A stretch of 63,769 nt of DNA, from the NCBI GenBank assembly GCA_010015585.1, contig ML975164.1, one strand, 5' to 3'. Position numbers and translations under genes: made by a program. The notes below the pieces were generated by a model that made no database searches, had not been told where the DNA came from, and saw nothing but the letters and a program-made list of their open reading frames with translations. This document shows positions 19,838 to 30,931 of the stretch, in pieces; positions within the stretch are counted from its first letter, which is position 1; every line of letters begins with the position of its first letter. This DNA is from Eremomyces bilateralis CBS 781.70. Taxonomy: Eukaryota.

Positions 19838-22655
19838 TTACACCACCCCATACGTCTTCCTCGCCAAAAAGAACGCAAAGAGCCCGAACATCAGCAGGAA
19901 CGACGTGATGCTCCAGAACCAGTACAGATTCTCGATCTCTTGCCCCGGTACCATAACGTTCATCCCCCACATGCCTGTCACCACGTTCATCGGCAGCACG
20001 ATGGTGCCGAGGACGGTGAGCTTGTTCAGCACGTTGTTCGTCGATTCGGCGCGGTCGGTCATGCGGATGCTGATCTGCGCGAGATAGTTGGAGTGCGCGC
20101 GGGAAAGCAGGCTGAGGACATGTTAGTCACCGTCTTAACGAAGAACAGACAACTCAACGCAAGAGGAAAGGGTCCGTACTTCTCATAGTGACTCAAATTC
20201 CCCGTCATCGTCACAATGTGATCCTGTATATCCCCCAGGTACATCCCAATCTCGTTCCGCGGCGCCACCGCCCAATGCTCATTACACCGCTTCGCGAACC
20301 CCCTGATCACGTCCGCTTTGTTCCCCAGCAACCGATACAGCGACATCACCTTCTTCCGACACTCGCCAACCCGCCGCAGCATATCCGAGCTGCTCTCCTG
20401 CGGCGCTAACGCCGTGTTCTCCGACTTCTCGTCGGGTTTCCGCGCCTCGTCGACTGGGCCGTAGCCGTCTTTCATGGTGCAGTCATGGCGGAGGAACGGC
20501 GGGACGAGGCGCTGGACGAGCGAGCGGCGGGGGGGGGGCGGCATGCGGGAGTTGAGGCGCTTCTCCTTCGTCATGGTGCTGAGGGCAATTTCGCCGAGGA
20601 TCCTGTCGTCGATCTCATCGACTTCTTCCTCGATGACCTGGACGAGCGGGGCATAGGCGTCGGTGATGTCGTCGATGATGGCGTAGGAGATCCAGTCGGC
20701 GGAGACGACCATGTAATCGGAGAGCTGGCGGATGCGGCGACGCACGTTGGCGGGGTGCGGAGTGGGGGACCAGCGGAAGCTGATGAGGCCGTCGCGAAAG
20801 ACGACCCAGTAGATGTTGACGGGGTCCATGTACTCGTCGCTCGTGGTGTCTTGTTCGAAGGAGCGGTAGTTGCAGAAGTAGTAGTGGCCGAAGAGCTCGA
20901 CTTTCTCGCGCTCTTCTTGCTCGAGGATGTCTTCGACGGTTAGGGGGTGAAGGTCGAATGCGCGTTGGAGGACGCGCATCTCGGTCACGGTGGGGGAGAG
21001 GACATCGAGCCAGAAGGTAGGACGAGGACCGTAGCGTTTCTCGTGAGGTGGCGAGGGCTGGAGCGGATGTGGGACAGGAGTAGTCCGTCCGGTGTTGGTT
21101 TCCGAGGGTTGCTGGCTCTTTTCCTTACCGTTTCCAAATTTTGGAGATAGGAGATGTCCATTTCTAGAGTGCTCGAATGGGGATGGAGAATACTGCCTCC
21201 GTGGGGTGGCATCGCCATGTGCCGAGACGCCTTGCGGGTCGTCATCATCGGAACTGTCGCTTTCGAGCTCGGGTGGATCGGGTAAGAACAACGATTTAAA
21301 CGTGACCGACTCGGCATGTGTCAAACCTGACAGCGTCTGGCTATGAATCGTCTTCGAAAACTCCGGATTGAAGTATGTGAAGCGGAACGGCGCATCCTCC
21401 ATCGGACGATGCCACACCTGCTTTCGAGGCCTGTATCTCCCATCAACCATCGTCGGCTCGACCATCGACCGCGCTCGAAGGTTCCCCAGACTCCATTCCT
21501 CCTTCTCCTGCTCGCTCCACTGATCCAATATATCGAGCTTTGGCCAGACTTTCCGTTTCCTCTTGCGCGCTACGTCGACAGGGGAGACGCTCGTTTCCGA
21601 CATAAGCCGGGAAGGCTCCTCTCCGATATCAGACAGGATGTCATGTGGGAAGCAGACATCTTCTTCAGGGGCCTTGGTCATTCGTCGCTTGATTTGATCC
21701 CATGACGGTGTCGTTCCTATCGACTCTGCGCGACCGAAGGCGGATTCGAGGTCTATAAACGGATCCCTAGAGCGCGACGGGCTATGTACGGGTATATGAG
21801 CGTCCATGTCCACACTTGGAAAGTACTCATCATTCAGTTGCTGTGGCACGATTTCTGGACTCGCCGGAACGGAGGGAGGATTGTTGACGTCGTAGTCGGG
21901 AGCGTCGATAATCGAGTTATACATGGATTGGCGTCTCTCGACCGGGGCGGGAGAATTTCTAGACGATGGTCTTCCTCGACCAGGTAAACGAGTGAGGCTC
22001 GAGGTGCTTCCCGTCCCTCCATATCCAAAACCGGTTGTAGTCCCAAATCCGCTTTGGCGAGTCGGTGACTTCAGCAGCGGTGATGTATCATGAGCTCTGT
22101 CCTCCCTCTCGCTTCCTGACGAAAGCGGATGGACCTTGTCAAGCTTCGATTTCGACCGACCTTTCGACGTACGCGATGCGCTTTCACGGGGTATGATAGG
22201 GGCTGACTGGATAGTAGGTCGGATGGCAAGTGGGCTTTGCTGAACATTCAATCCTCGACTTCGGGACGGTCCTTGTGGTCTATCACACCCGAGTTAGCTG
22301 CTTTCCCTTAGATCTCGCATATGAACAAGCCCAACCTGTGATCCATCATATCCAAACTCGTATTGCTCTGACCTCCATTCTGGCTGAGCCGATAAAAGCT
22401 ATCTCGCGCAGCAGCCGTTCGTGCCTCCATCATCCTCTCATGCTCCGTATCCGTCGCATTGCTCGGCTCTGCCACGGGATTCGCAAAGGATTCCCGTCGA
22501 TTCTTTCGCTTCTTCTTCCGCTTTTTCGATTGCCCTCCCCGCGATTGGGATGATTGTGTGCGAGATGGTTGCGCTGTGGAGCTCGATGGTTCCATTGGAT
22601 TGGATGGTTCCCCGGGAGCAGGTGTCCGAGGGGAAAGTGATGAAGGTGAGTCCAT
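19838..22655 (-). CDS. CorA-family Mg2+ transporter, Mnr2/Alr type; 3 exons
   Basis: FWLDVLSPT, LHPLTVEDI, REKVELFGHYYF, WISYAIIDDITD, YLGDIQDH, TVLGTIVLPMNVVTGMWGMNV (GMN signature) plus two TM helices. Confidence 0.92.
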
Positions 22656-24888
22656 CCCGTATATATTGAGCGGTGGAGCGCTCTCTTTTGCCGTCGGGGG
22701 AGATTTAACTCTACGAAGCTCAGTTGAGTGACAATCTCACGATGGAGATCTAGAATGATAACAGCTTCGATGAGCCAATGGCAGGTCTCAGCTAGACGTG
22801 TCCATCCAAGAATGGAGAACAGAAGAGATTACACCAAGGCCAACATCAGGTTGTTAATGGCATACGCATACGCATACGCATTGGCATGATTTATATATTA
22901 GCAGACGAGGAGAGTACAGTTGATGTAAACCCGATACTCATGTTATGGAAATAGCGCAGCTGGGCGATATTCTAGAAATCTAGACAGAGCTAAAGCCCAA
23001 GCTCCACAGCCAGTCTCGAACGTCATTATTGTTTATCTCATATCCCAGCCGCATGTTTCAATTCTTCAGGTACAATTCTTCAAATTTCATCAAGGTTATT
23101 GATATCTTGAATAGCTCCTCTCTTATCCCGTGGGACCAGTGCGTGTTAGTTACACTTGTCCAAGTAAACTCTCATGCTGCTCGAGTTTTTTATCAGACGA
23201 CGATTCTCCCAAGAGGCAAGAATCGACTTTAGTGTGGTATTAAACATGGGATTCTTCGGTGTTACGGCTTCTCCATATTAACTATGAATTGAAGTGGAAA
23301 TGCCATGCTGTGTAGTACTTCTATGGCCCGACACCCGCCTGATCTAGGCACCACGGACTGTGGAACTACTTTGTTGGAGTCCTTGCCGATCATTCATCGC
23401 CGGATATACTCTTTCAAAGGAGTCAACATATGATGGTGAAGTCTATAATGTATTTTGTAGAGTTGGTTCACAACATCATGGCAGCTTCAGCGACAAACAA
23501 CTGGATTTGTTCGGGTAAGACACTACCATTTCTCTCATGGCTCATAATTCATCAGGAGAAGCATCAAAACGCTGGTTGGATACCGTCTCCCAAGTACTAG
23601 TACTAAAACTTGCTTGCTACCTCAAAATCAACTGCAGATGGCATCTTTCTAGCGACACAATCGCCCTAAATCGCTGAATATCCAAGTCGTTTCACGCCGA
23701 CCCTACTGAATCCCATGTTATCACCTTCGACGGCTCTGCAAACATCCGTCTATCCCCATCAGGTACCCGTGTATAACCTTTCAGGATCGATTCGCCCACT
23801 CATTTTAGGGCTGACCGCACTCTCGCCTCGTCCTCACAGCGTCCATTATTCTTGAATCGGTTGCTTCTCACTCGCCCCATTGCCACTCAGGCCTTCCTTC
23901 AGCAGTCCTCGCGCTCGCAGATCCTCCACTCTCGCGCGCTCGTGCGTATCTTCCCTCTTCAACCTGAAAGTCCACCAGACCCAGAAACCGGTGACTCCTA
24001 TCGAGGAAAACCGTCAGTGAACACCCCTGGTTTCGATGGAGGCTGGAAAGTAGCTCGATTGAACAACCCTCACAGCAAGTTGACGGGTTCGGTTTGAGTC
24101 AATAAGGATGTAGAGAATAGGACTTACCGATTAGCATTAGACCGATGAATCCGAACATGATCCCCATCTCGTGTCCGACAGATGGAATGGGGACAAATTT
24201 GGCCTCCAGCTCTTCGGGGGTCTTGCCTGCCCTCGGGTAGAGTTTTTGAGCCATTTTGGAGGATTATCAAACAGGATGGTTGAGAGGAGAGGCTGGGATC
24301 GGATATTGGAAGGTTGGGGCTTGAAAGGGACTCGGAATAGGTTCAGCGAGATGTAAAAAATAGGAACCAGTGATGATATGTAAGACGACGAGACTTGAGG
24401 ATAGGAGTGAGGATTAGGCTTGGAAGGATGTACGCTGCGGCAAGGCCGACGGATCACTTATGTTTCTCCTCATTGTGATCGTCGCGCATCCCCCATCCTT
24501 CGACATGGTCACACGGAGATAAATTGGAGACCTGGAGAAGGATATACCGACGTCATACCTAGAGCGGCTAAGCATCCCGAGCAAGGAGTAGTGTCAATTA
24601 GGGAGATGATCGACGCCAAAATCAAGATACCGCCAATCCACGACATTTCTTGACCCGCCTTGGCACGCCACCCTGGTTTGGGGTCCAAAGGGGAGACTGG
24701 GGAAATCCTGGCTGATCGTTCCGAATACATAATAAACCGGTCAATGATCAGCGCTCGAAGGACACTCGTCAAGTCGTCATGAACTCATGATATCCGTATT
24801 GCAGACTTGCAGTCAAGTAGTATGGAAAACTCCAAATCGATATCTGTAGTCCGCAAAATGCCATATAACATCTCCAAACCCCATCCCA

Positions 24889-26050
24889 TCACTTCTTCTT
24901 CCCCTTCTCCTCTAGCGCTCGCAACGCCGCCCTTGCGCTCCTCGATCCCCCCAACTTCGGCCCCTTCGGCCTCTCCTCGCCCGGCTTCACCTTCTGACTC
25001 GGCGGCGGCGGCGCCGCTCGGCGCATATTCTTGTTCTGAGCCTCCATGAAATCCCGCCGGAATTGCTCGGCGATGGTGTCGTCCGCCGCTTGGTCGTTGG
25101 CCTCTCGAGGAGACGATGCTGCAGATTCGTCGTAAAGATCCACTGGTGGGAGGTCAGCAATTGCGCTACGAGGATGGATAGACAGAGGAAGGAAAGAAAT
25201 GGATGAATCTAGGCGAAAACTTACATCGACTCTCTCGAAGCACTTGCTCTACCAACTTATCCCTCCGCACATCATCGCTATTCCTCCGCTTCCTTCTCCG
25301 CCACGGCCTCCCATCCCTCCCCTTCCTCACCGGCCCTTCCTCCTCTTCCTCCGAAACCACCCCCTCTAGTCTCCGCGTCGCCGCCTGCGTCCGCCGGATA
25401 TTCTCCTGCGTGGCCGACGGCCCCAAATCCACCTCCTGCAACTTCCCCAACCCCGCCGGCTGTCGTTCGCGATCCGTCGTGACCGCGCGCGACGCGTCGT
25501 CCGCCGATATCGTCGAGAGAGGTCCGTAGTTCGTAGATTCCGTGGTTGATCCACCCCCTTGATGCATCTCAGCGATCCGTGAGTCTACATACGCCATCCT
25601 TAAGTCGTTAGCTAGTGACCTTGCCAACCCCTCCGTCTCCTCTCAAACTCTCTTGCCTCCAAACTGTAGTCTCTGCATGACCCAAATAAATGAAACCTGC
25701 GCCACCTACATATGCCTATCCAACTCCATCACCGGCCCTGCCTGCGGCGCAAACCGCCTTGCCGCAGTCTCTACCGCCGACACCGTCCCTGCATGTCTCC
25801 CTTCGCCCTCTGTCGGCCGCTGCACCGCCGCGTGGCTCTTCGCGGCGCCGAACTCCACGCCGAAGCGTTTTGCCTTGGTTTTGCGCAGTCGGAGGATTTC
25901 CGCGACCGAGGGTCCCTCTTCCGACTGTGGTTCTTGCGCATCATCGCGTTCTTGGGGAGGAGGAGAGGTGGCGGCGACGGAGGAGCGCGGTCGGGTGATT
26001 TTTCGTCGCTTGGCGGAGCGGAAGAGAGGTTCGTGAATGGATTCGTCCAT
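24889..26050 (-). CDS. C9orf78/Tls1-like (HCA59) splicing-associated protein; 3 exons
   Basis: PLFRSAKRRK, RFAPQAG...DRHMMAYVDSR, GKLQEVDLG, RRNSDDVRRDKLVEQVLRES, AEQFRRDFM and GPKLGGSRSARA, recalled as typical of fungal Hep_59 proteins. Confidence 0.7.
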
Positions 26051-26683
26051 GACGGTTTGGACTGTTCTATAGACTGCGTGTGCCTCAAAAGGAAAGTGTA
26101 ATGTGTTGAGAAACGGTAGAAGTGCCGTGTTATGCTTACAGATATGAACTGAGCTGCAAGCCTGCAACGGTGCAACCAGCCAACCCTCAGACCGGTATTA
26201 GTATCCGCTTAGGTAAGCAACTCTCTTCAAAGTTCAACATCATGATGAATTATCAACCTTCATCAGCCAAGCATGCACATTTACAGATCTACTATCTGCC
26301 AAAACTCCCTTCAATAAAGCATTCGTGAACATACGGTTAACGGTAAGCCGTAGGCTTTTAGATCCAGCCATTCAAAGGATATCAGCAATCTTAAAGGTTG
26401 TAGGGTTCAAGGAAAGCCCTAGGTCAGGTTAACGGTAAATCGTGATGCGTAGCGTATGAAGTTTCCGCTTAAGGTTTCATTTTGTCTTCAATGCTATTCT
26501 CGCAAGATTTCGGCCGATGATCTCGATTTCAGCTACTCGAGCTTCGCCAATTCGTCATATCATTCCTCATCTCCGTCAATTCTGGACCTTGCAGACCCCT
26601 CTCTTGCTTCTTAAGTCAAACGGCGACCCCATGAATACCCAAATGCAGATGTTACGCCATGATATGAACGAGAACTAGGTCTC

Positions 26684-27428
26684 CTATTCTTTAGCGCGAC
26701 GAGTAGTGCCTTCGCATCTCTTCAGACAAGATTCCCTCCCAGCAAGGCTCCCAGTCCCCGGCGGAGGGATCTCGCTGTTATTAACAGCCAGCCGTTGGTA
26801 CCCCATCGACGCATCTGTGAGCTCGGAATTGAGGGCGAAGAATGCGTTAGCAAGATTATGTGTCGCCGGATCTTCGCTGTTGAGAGCTGAGACAAGGTAT
26901 GCGGTCTCGCAGCCTGGTATTCTCAGTTCCTATCCTCGTCTGCAACGCCACCTTGAACTTACCGGTGTTCTCCATCGCATGGACGCTTGCATGCGGGAAG
27001 ATCGTCATCTGATATGGCAATATCTTCTCCTCCACCGTACGCGCACCGTTTTCCATCGTCATGTACGTTTTGACCGCCGGGCCCGCAACGTGCATGACGT
27101 AGTTCGAGCCGCGGGGATGGAAGTGCGGAGGGAGCTGAGCGCACGGTCCGAGGGTGAGGAGGGCCATGGTCATTCCGTTTCCGAATGCTGCGGGGAACGT
27201 CACGGCGTTGGCGTTGACGACCGAGCCGGGGTCTTCGGTCCAGGTGGACTGGGCTTTGAAGTCGAAGAGCCAGTCACGGTCGGAGGAGAGGATGTTGAGG
27301 CGCTCGAGGGCCGTCGTGGCGTCGTTGAGTTGGAGCATTCGCTGGGGGTCTTGGACGTGGTCGATTGCGCCGACGCTCGAGACGAGGGAGAGGGCCGAAA
27401 AGGCGAGGAGGGCCGCTTTGGACAACAT
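26684..27428 (-). CDS. Secreted germin-like/spherulin cupin protein; intron 26914-26962
   Basis: Signal peptide MLSKAALLAFSALSLVSS; ANAVTFPA, LGPCAQLPPHFHPRG (germin box), ENGAR, FPHASVH; exon 2 GCETAYLVSALNSEDP. Confidence 0.88.
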
Positions 27429-27670
27429 GATGGCGGTGGTAATTTGAAAGTTGATCGGTCGAGATATGGGGACTTTATGTGGGATCGGAATCCAATGTGA
27501 GATGAAGACCGGCTTTTGATCTCTTTGTTTGAAACTGAAGATTTCACTGCGAGAATGTGAAAGATGTGAAGGCGAAATGAAATATTCCCTCAGTGAATTG
27601 GACGTCCGTTTGCTCTTATCAGTGACCCCTATTTGTTTCTTCGAAATCAAATGATTCAATAGTCCAGCAA

Positions 27671-27720
27671 GCAGATTAGGCGACGCAGATTAGGCAACGC
27701 AGATTAGGCAACGCAAATAG
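27671..27720. repeat. 14-bp tandem repeat GCAGATTAGGC(A/G)AC, about 3.5 copies, upstream of the cupin gene
   Basis: gcagattaggcgac gcagattaggcaac gcagattaggcaac gcaaatag. Confidence 0.85.
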
Positions 27721-28344
27721 ATCGATGCTCTTCTGATTTCGTCCAGGCTCTTATTATACCCACCTCAGCTCTCACTGAGGCGAATTTCGCGTGCTTTGTA
27801 TCTTTTCAATGATACGGAGTACTGCATGGCCTGATGAAGGCATCATATCCACTCCATCATTCCATGCGAACCGGTGGGCAAGGAACCAGAGCTTTCTGTT
27901 TTTTGGATGAAGCCGAGCGGCCCTATCTTTTCATCTTCACCGTCCAACTACGATCAGTGGTTTAGTAGTCTAGCTCCTCCGGAAATATAATTCTCTGGGG
28001 CTGGTCAATTAAAAGCGATTGCTACACGATACACTCCGTCCTAATAGCTTCGGTAAATAATTATTCCAGCGTGGATATATCTAGTTTTTGCTGTTGAACA
28101 CTACCGAATTGGGGATGACCTGACAGACCTACTCCGTCCATATTTAATCAAATCCCCAGCTCTGTAGCCTGTAGTATGCTTCTAGCATACCCCATATAGT
28201 CTTGAAAGTGAGCAGTGTCCCCGAAACTCCCTTTTGGCCCCCATTCATTGGTGTCATGCCTGTCGTCGTTGATAGCGTTATAAAACGGATATCACCCTTA
28301 CCATTGAGTACCACCCCCATTCTAGCCATCCACAGCATGGGTCA

Positions 28345-29481
28345 TCATTTCGCGTTGATGTCCTGCTTTTGGTGGGCACACGTTTTCTTCGAAACATCAG
28401 CTAGCTCCAGCTTGATACCCATTTGCTCGATGAATTCCATCGCATGATCTATCGCACCGGGCGTCTCGGCCCAAGCATCGCAGCTGTTCTGAAGGACGTA
28501 TCGGCCGCCGGTTTCACAGCAAGGACACCTCGTACCGCTACCGAGGCCTTGCTTCGATCTCGGATGGATCAATCCGAGCCATGTAGACTTGAATCTCTTG
28601 CTGACAAGCCTGAAGAGGAACTGAACTTGCATCTTCAACAGCTGGATTTCGTAACTTCGGTCGGTCGACTCCATGATCGTTCGGTTCTTCACTACCACAG
28701 GCCTGACCACATAGAGACAGATGTAGTCGAGGATCTCCGTTGGGACTCGCTTTCCGACAGATTCAGTGGTAGCCTGGAGAGCAAGGAGGTCTTGGAGCAA
28801 GCGAAACTTGACCAACATGACGGCAACCAGGTAAAAGAGTTCGCAAGGAGCGGCACTGTCCGTGAAGTACTCTAGATCTTCGAAAACATTGGAGTTCTTC
28901 ATGCTCACGCACATGTCACCCATTTCCCCCCACGGTATGTCCGGTGCTTTCTTGTCGAAGAAGTCCTGGATCATAATATTCCACTTGCAGAAATCGTAGC
29001 ATTGCTGTTCGAGACCAAGGCGTAGGTAGAGCGAGGGAAGATATAAGACGATTCCCGTGTAGTCCTGAAAATCGAGCTCCACAATGCCTTGGCAATGAAA
29101 GATCGCAGCTTGGATCGAGTCGAACGTATTCATTTTCACCATCGCCGTTACCAAGTCCTTCCTGGCACCAAGATACTGATGGACGCCATCCAATTCCGAA
29201 AACCATCCTCTTGCCTCTTCGAAGAGATTGTCCGACAATCCTAAGTCTCCAGCGTGATCACGGAGCATATGCTCTTCCAACTGGAGGCACGTGGTGTAAT
29301 ATCCCACGTCTTTGCAATCGCGTTTATGCTCCCGCCAGTGCGATGTCTGGTGGTTTTTGCCGCAATATAGCACCAGACAACAACCCGTGCAGCGCCTAAG
29401 GCCATCTTTGGAACCGCACACGGCACATTGGCGTTCAAGCGGTGGCTTTGGCGCTGGCATTGTAGCTGTGATCGCTACCAT
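28345..29481 (-). CDS. MYND-type zinc finger protein, 378 aa, paralog of 2982-4043
   Basis: CAVC...CTGC...YCGKNHQTSHWREHKRDC; PSLYLRLGLEQQCYDF; WAETPGAID. Confidence 0.85.
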   Translation of the reverse strand: MVAITATMPAPKPPLERQCAVCGSKDGLRRCTGCCLVLYCGKNHQTSHWREHKRDCKDVGYYTTCLQLEEHMLRDHAGDLGLSDNLFEEARGWFSELDGVHQYLGARKDLVTAMVKMNTFDSIQAAIFHCQGIVELDFQDYTGIVLYLPSLYLRLGLEQQCYDFCKWNIMIQDFFDKKAPDIPWGEMGDMCVSMKNSNVFEDLEYFTDSAAPCELFYLVAVMLVKFRLLQDLLALQATTESVGKRVPTEILDYICLYVVRPVVVKNRTIMESTDRSYEIQLLKMQVQFLFRLVSKRFKSTWLGLIHPRSKQGLGSGTRCPCCETGGRYVLQNSCDAWAETPGAIDHAMEFIEQMGIKLELADVSKKTCAHQKQDINAK

Positions 29482-30229
29482 TGCGGCTATTGAGCTCGAG
29501 CTGAGTTAAAGATGGTAAGTTCCTTGTATTACGCGTTGAAGTGTTGTCCCTCCTGTCCCTTCTGTTTAGTTGGAAAGGCAGCAAGGCAGCAACACCCACC
29601 AACTAAAAGTGGACCGTGGGGTTGGAGAAAGGGTCAGGATGACCATCATGATCAGAGCAGGCTACATGTATGTCCTCGATTTGTCAGTGGGTGCTATGCG
29701 AAATATAAGAAGAGAGTTTGATGGTTGTTCTTAGAAAGGTACATGGCCAAAGCATGCCTCCGCGCGGTCTTCCTTCTCGCCCTATACATTATAATTTAGA
29801 CCCGTTTCTTCCACTCCTTCTTCTTCTCCCCTTCCGTCATCTCCTTATCCTTATCCTTCCCCTTCTCTTTATCTCATTCCTACTCCATGTCCACGGCACC
29901 AATCGGGCCACATTCATTTTCTTCCGCAAGAGGAGGCGCCTCCCAGGGTCTACCGTGAAAAAATCGACCTTCAGGTGTGGGATGGCAGGAACGGTTAGGA
30001 GGCGACTGCCGTCGTCGACTCCGAAACTTCGAATGAGAGTAGGAATCTTATCTCGTAAGCATGGTCCAACAATACGGTCAAGAACCACGACTACATTCCC
30101 GGATATCGTAGCGGTCATGTCTCCAGGGAGACGGCAGGGATAGCCCGTTGGGGTTTCAGGGTTGGAGGCCATGATGAGCAGATGGTGTGGCAATGGACTA
30201 GGAGCGAGAAGATTGGTTGGAGCGTGACG

Positions 30230-30410
30230 ACTGATCCGACTGAAAACGTGATGGATGACTGGTCAGACTGAAAATTGTGACTGGTCAGACTGAAAACTAT
30301 GACTGTGAAACTGTACCTAGACCTGGACTATAGAGGGTCTTCGTAGTTAAATAGCCTGGGACTACACGGCAAACGCTCTGGTTCCTACGGCAAATGCTCT
30401 GATTCCTACA
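30230..30410. repeat. Two short imperfect tandem repeats (TGACTGGTCAGACTGAAAA units; TACGGCAAA(C/T)GCTCTG(G/A)TTCC x2)
   Basis: Read directly at about 30230-30315 and 30363-30409. Confidence 0.7.
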
Positions 30411-30931
30411 TTAGAACTTGATTCACTGTACCTTAACACGGTTTTAATATGCAAGGTCTGCAGTTACCAGTTCCATTAATCTAAACCGAAGAGGGAGAAG
30501 AAAAGAGGAAATCCTCGCACTTTTATGCGCGAGATATTTAACTCTCCCTTTCACAGCCCTAACACATTGCTTCACACATGACTGCTTTTCTAATAATCGC
30601 CATGTGAACCTACCAGCCACGTCTCTGGTAATCAGCCACACCCAAGGGCTCATGTCATAGGTTTGAGATCATAACATATCTCGTAGAATTCTGAAGGTTA
30701 ATAATATGTTAGATCGAAACGTATCTTTCTGGTGGGGCACAGCAGGGACAGTTCTATGGTTGTTGATTGCGAGATTTCAATTCCTTACCCTGAGGATAAT
30801 CTATCGTACTAGGATCTACCAAACCGCCATCCGAAGTAGAACCTCCTATTATCAACCAGAACCAGTTTACCTCCAAACCGCCAATGCTCAAAAGAACCCG
30901 GATTCTGCCATCAGCTAGCATGCCCTCCGCC

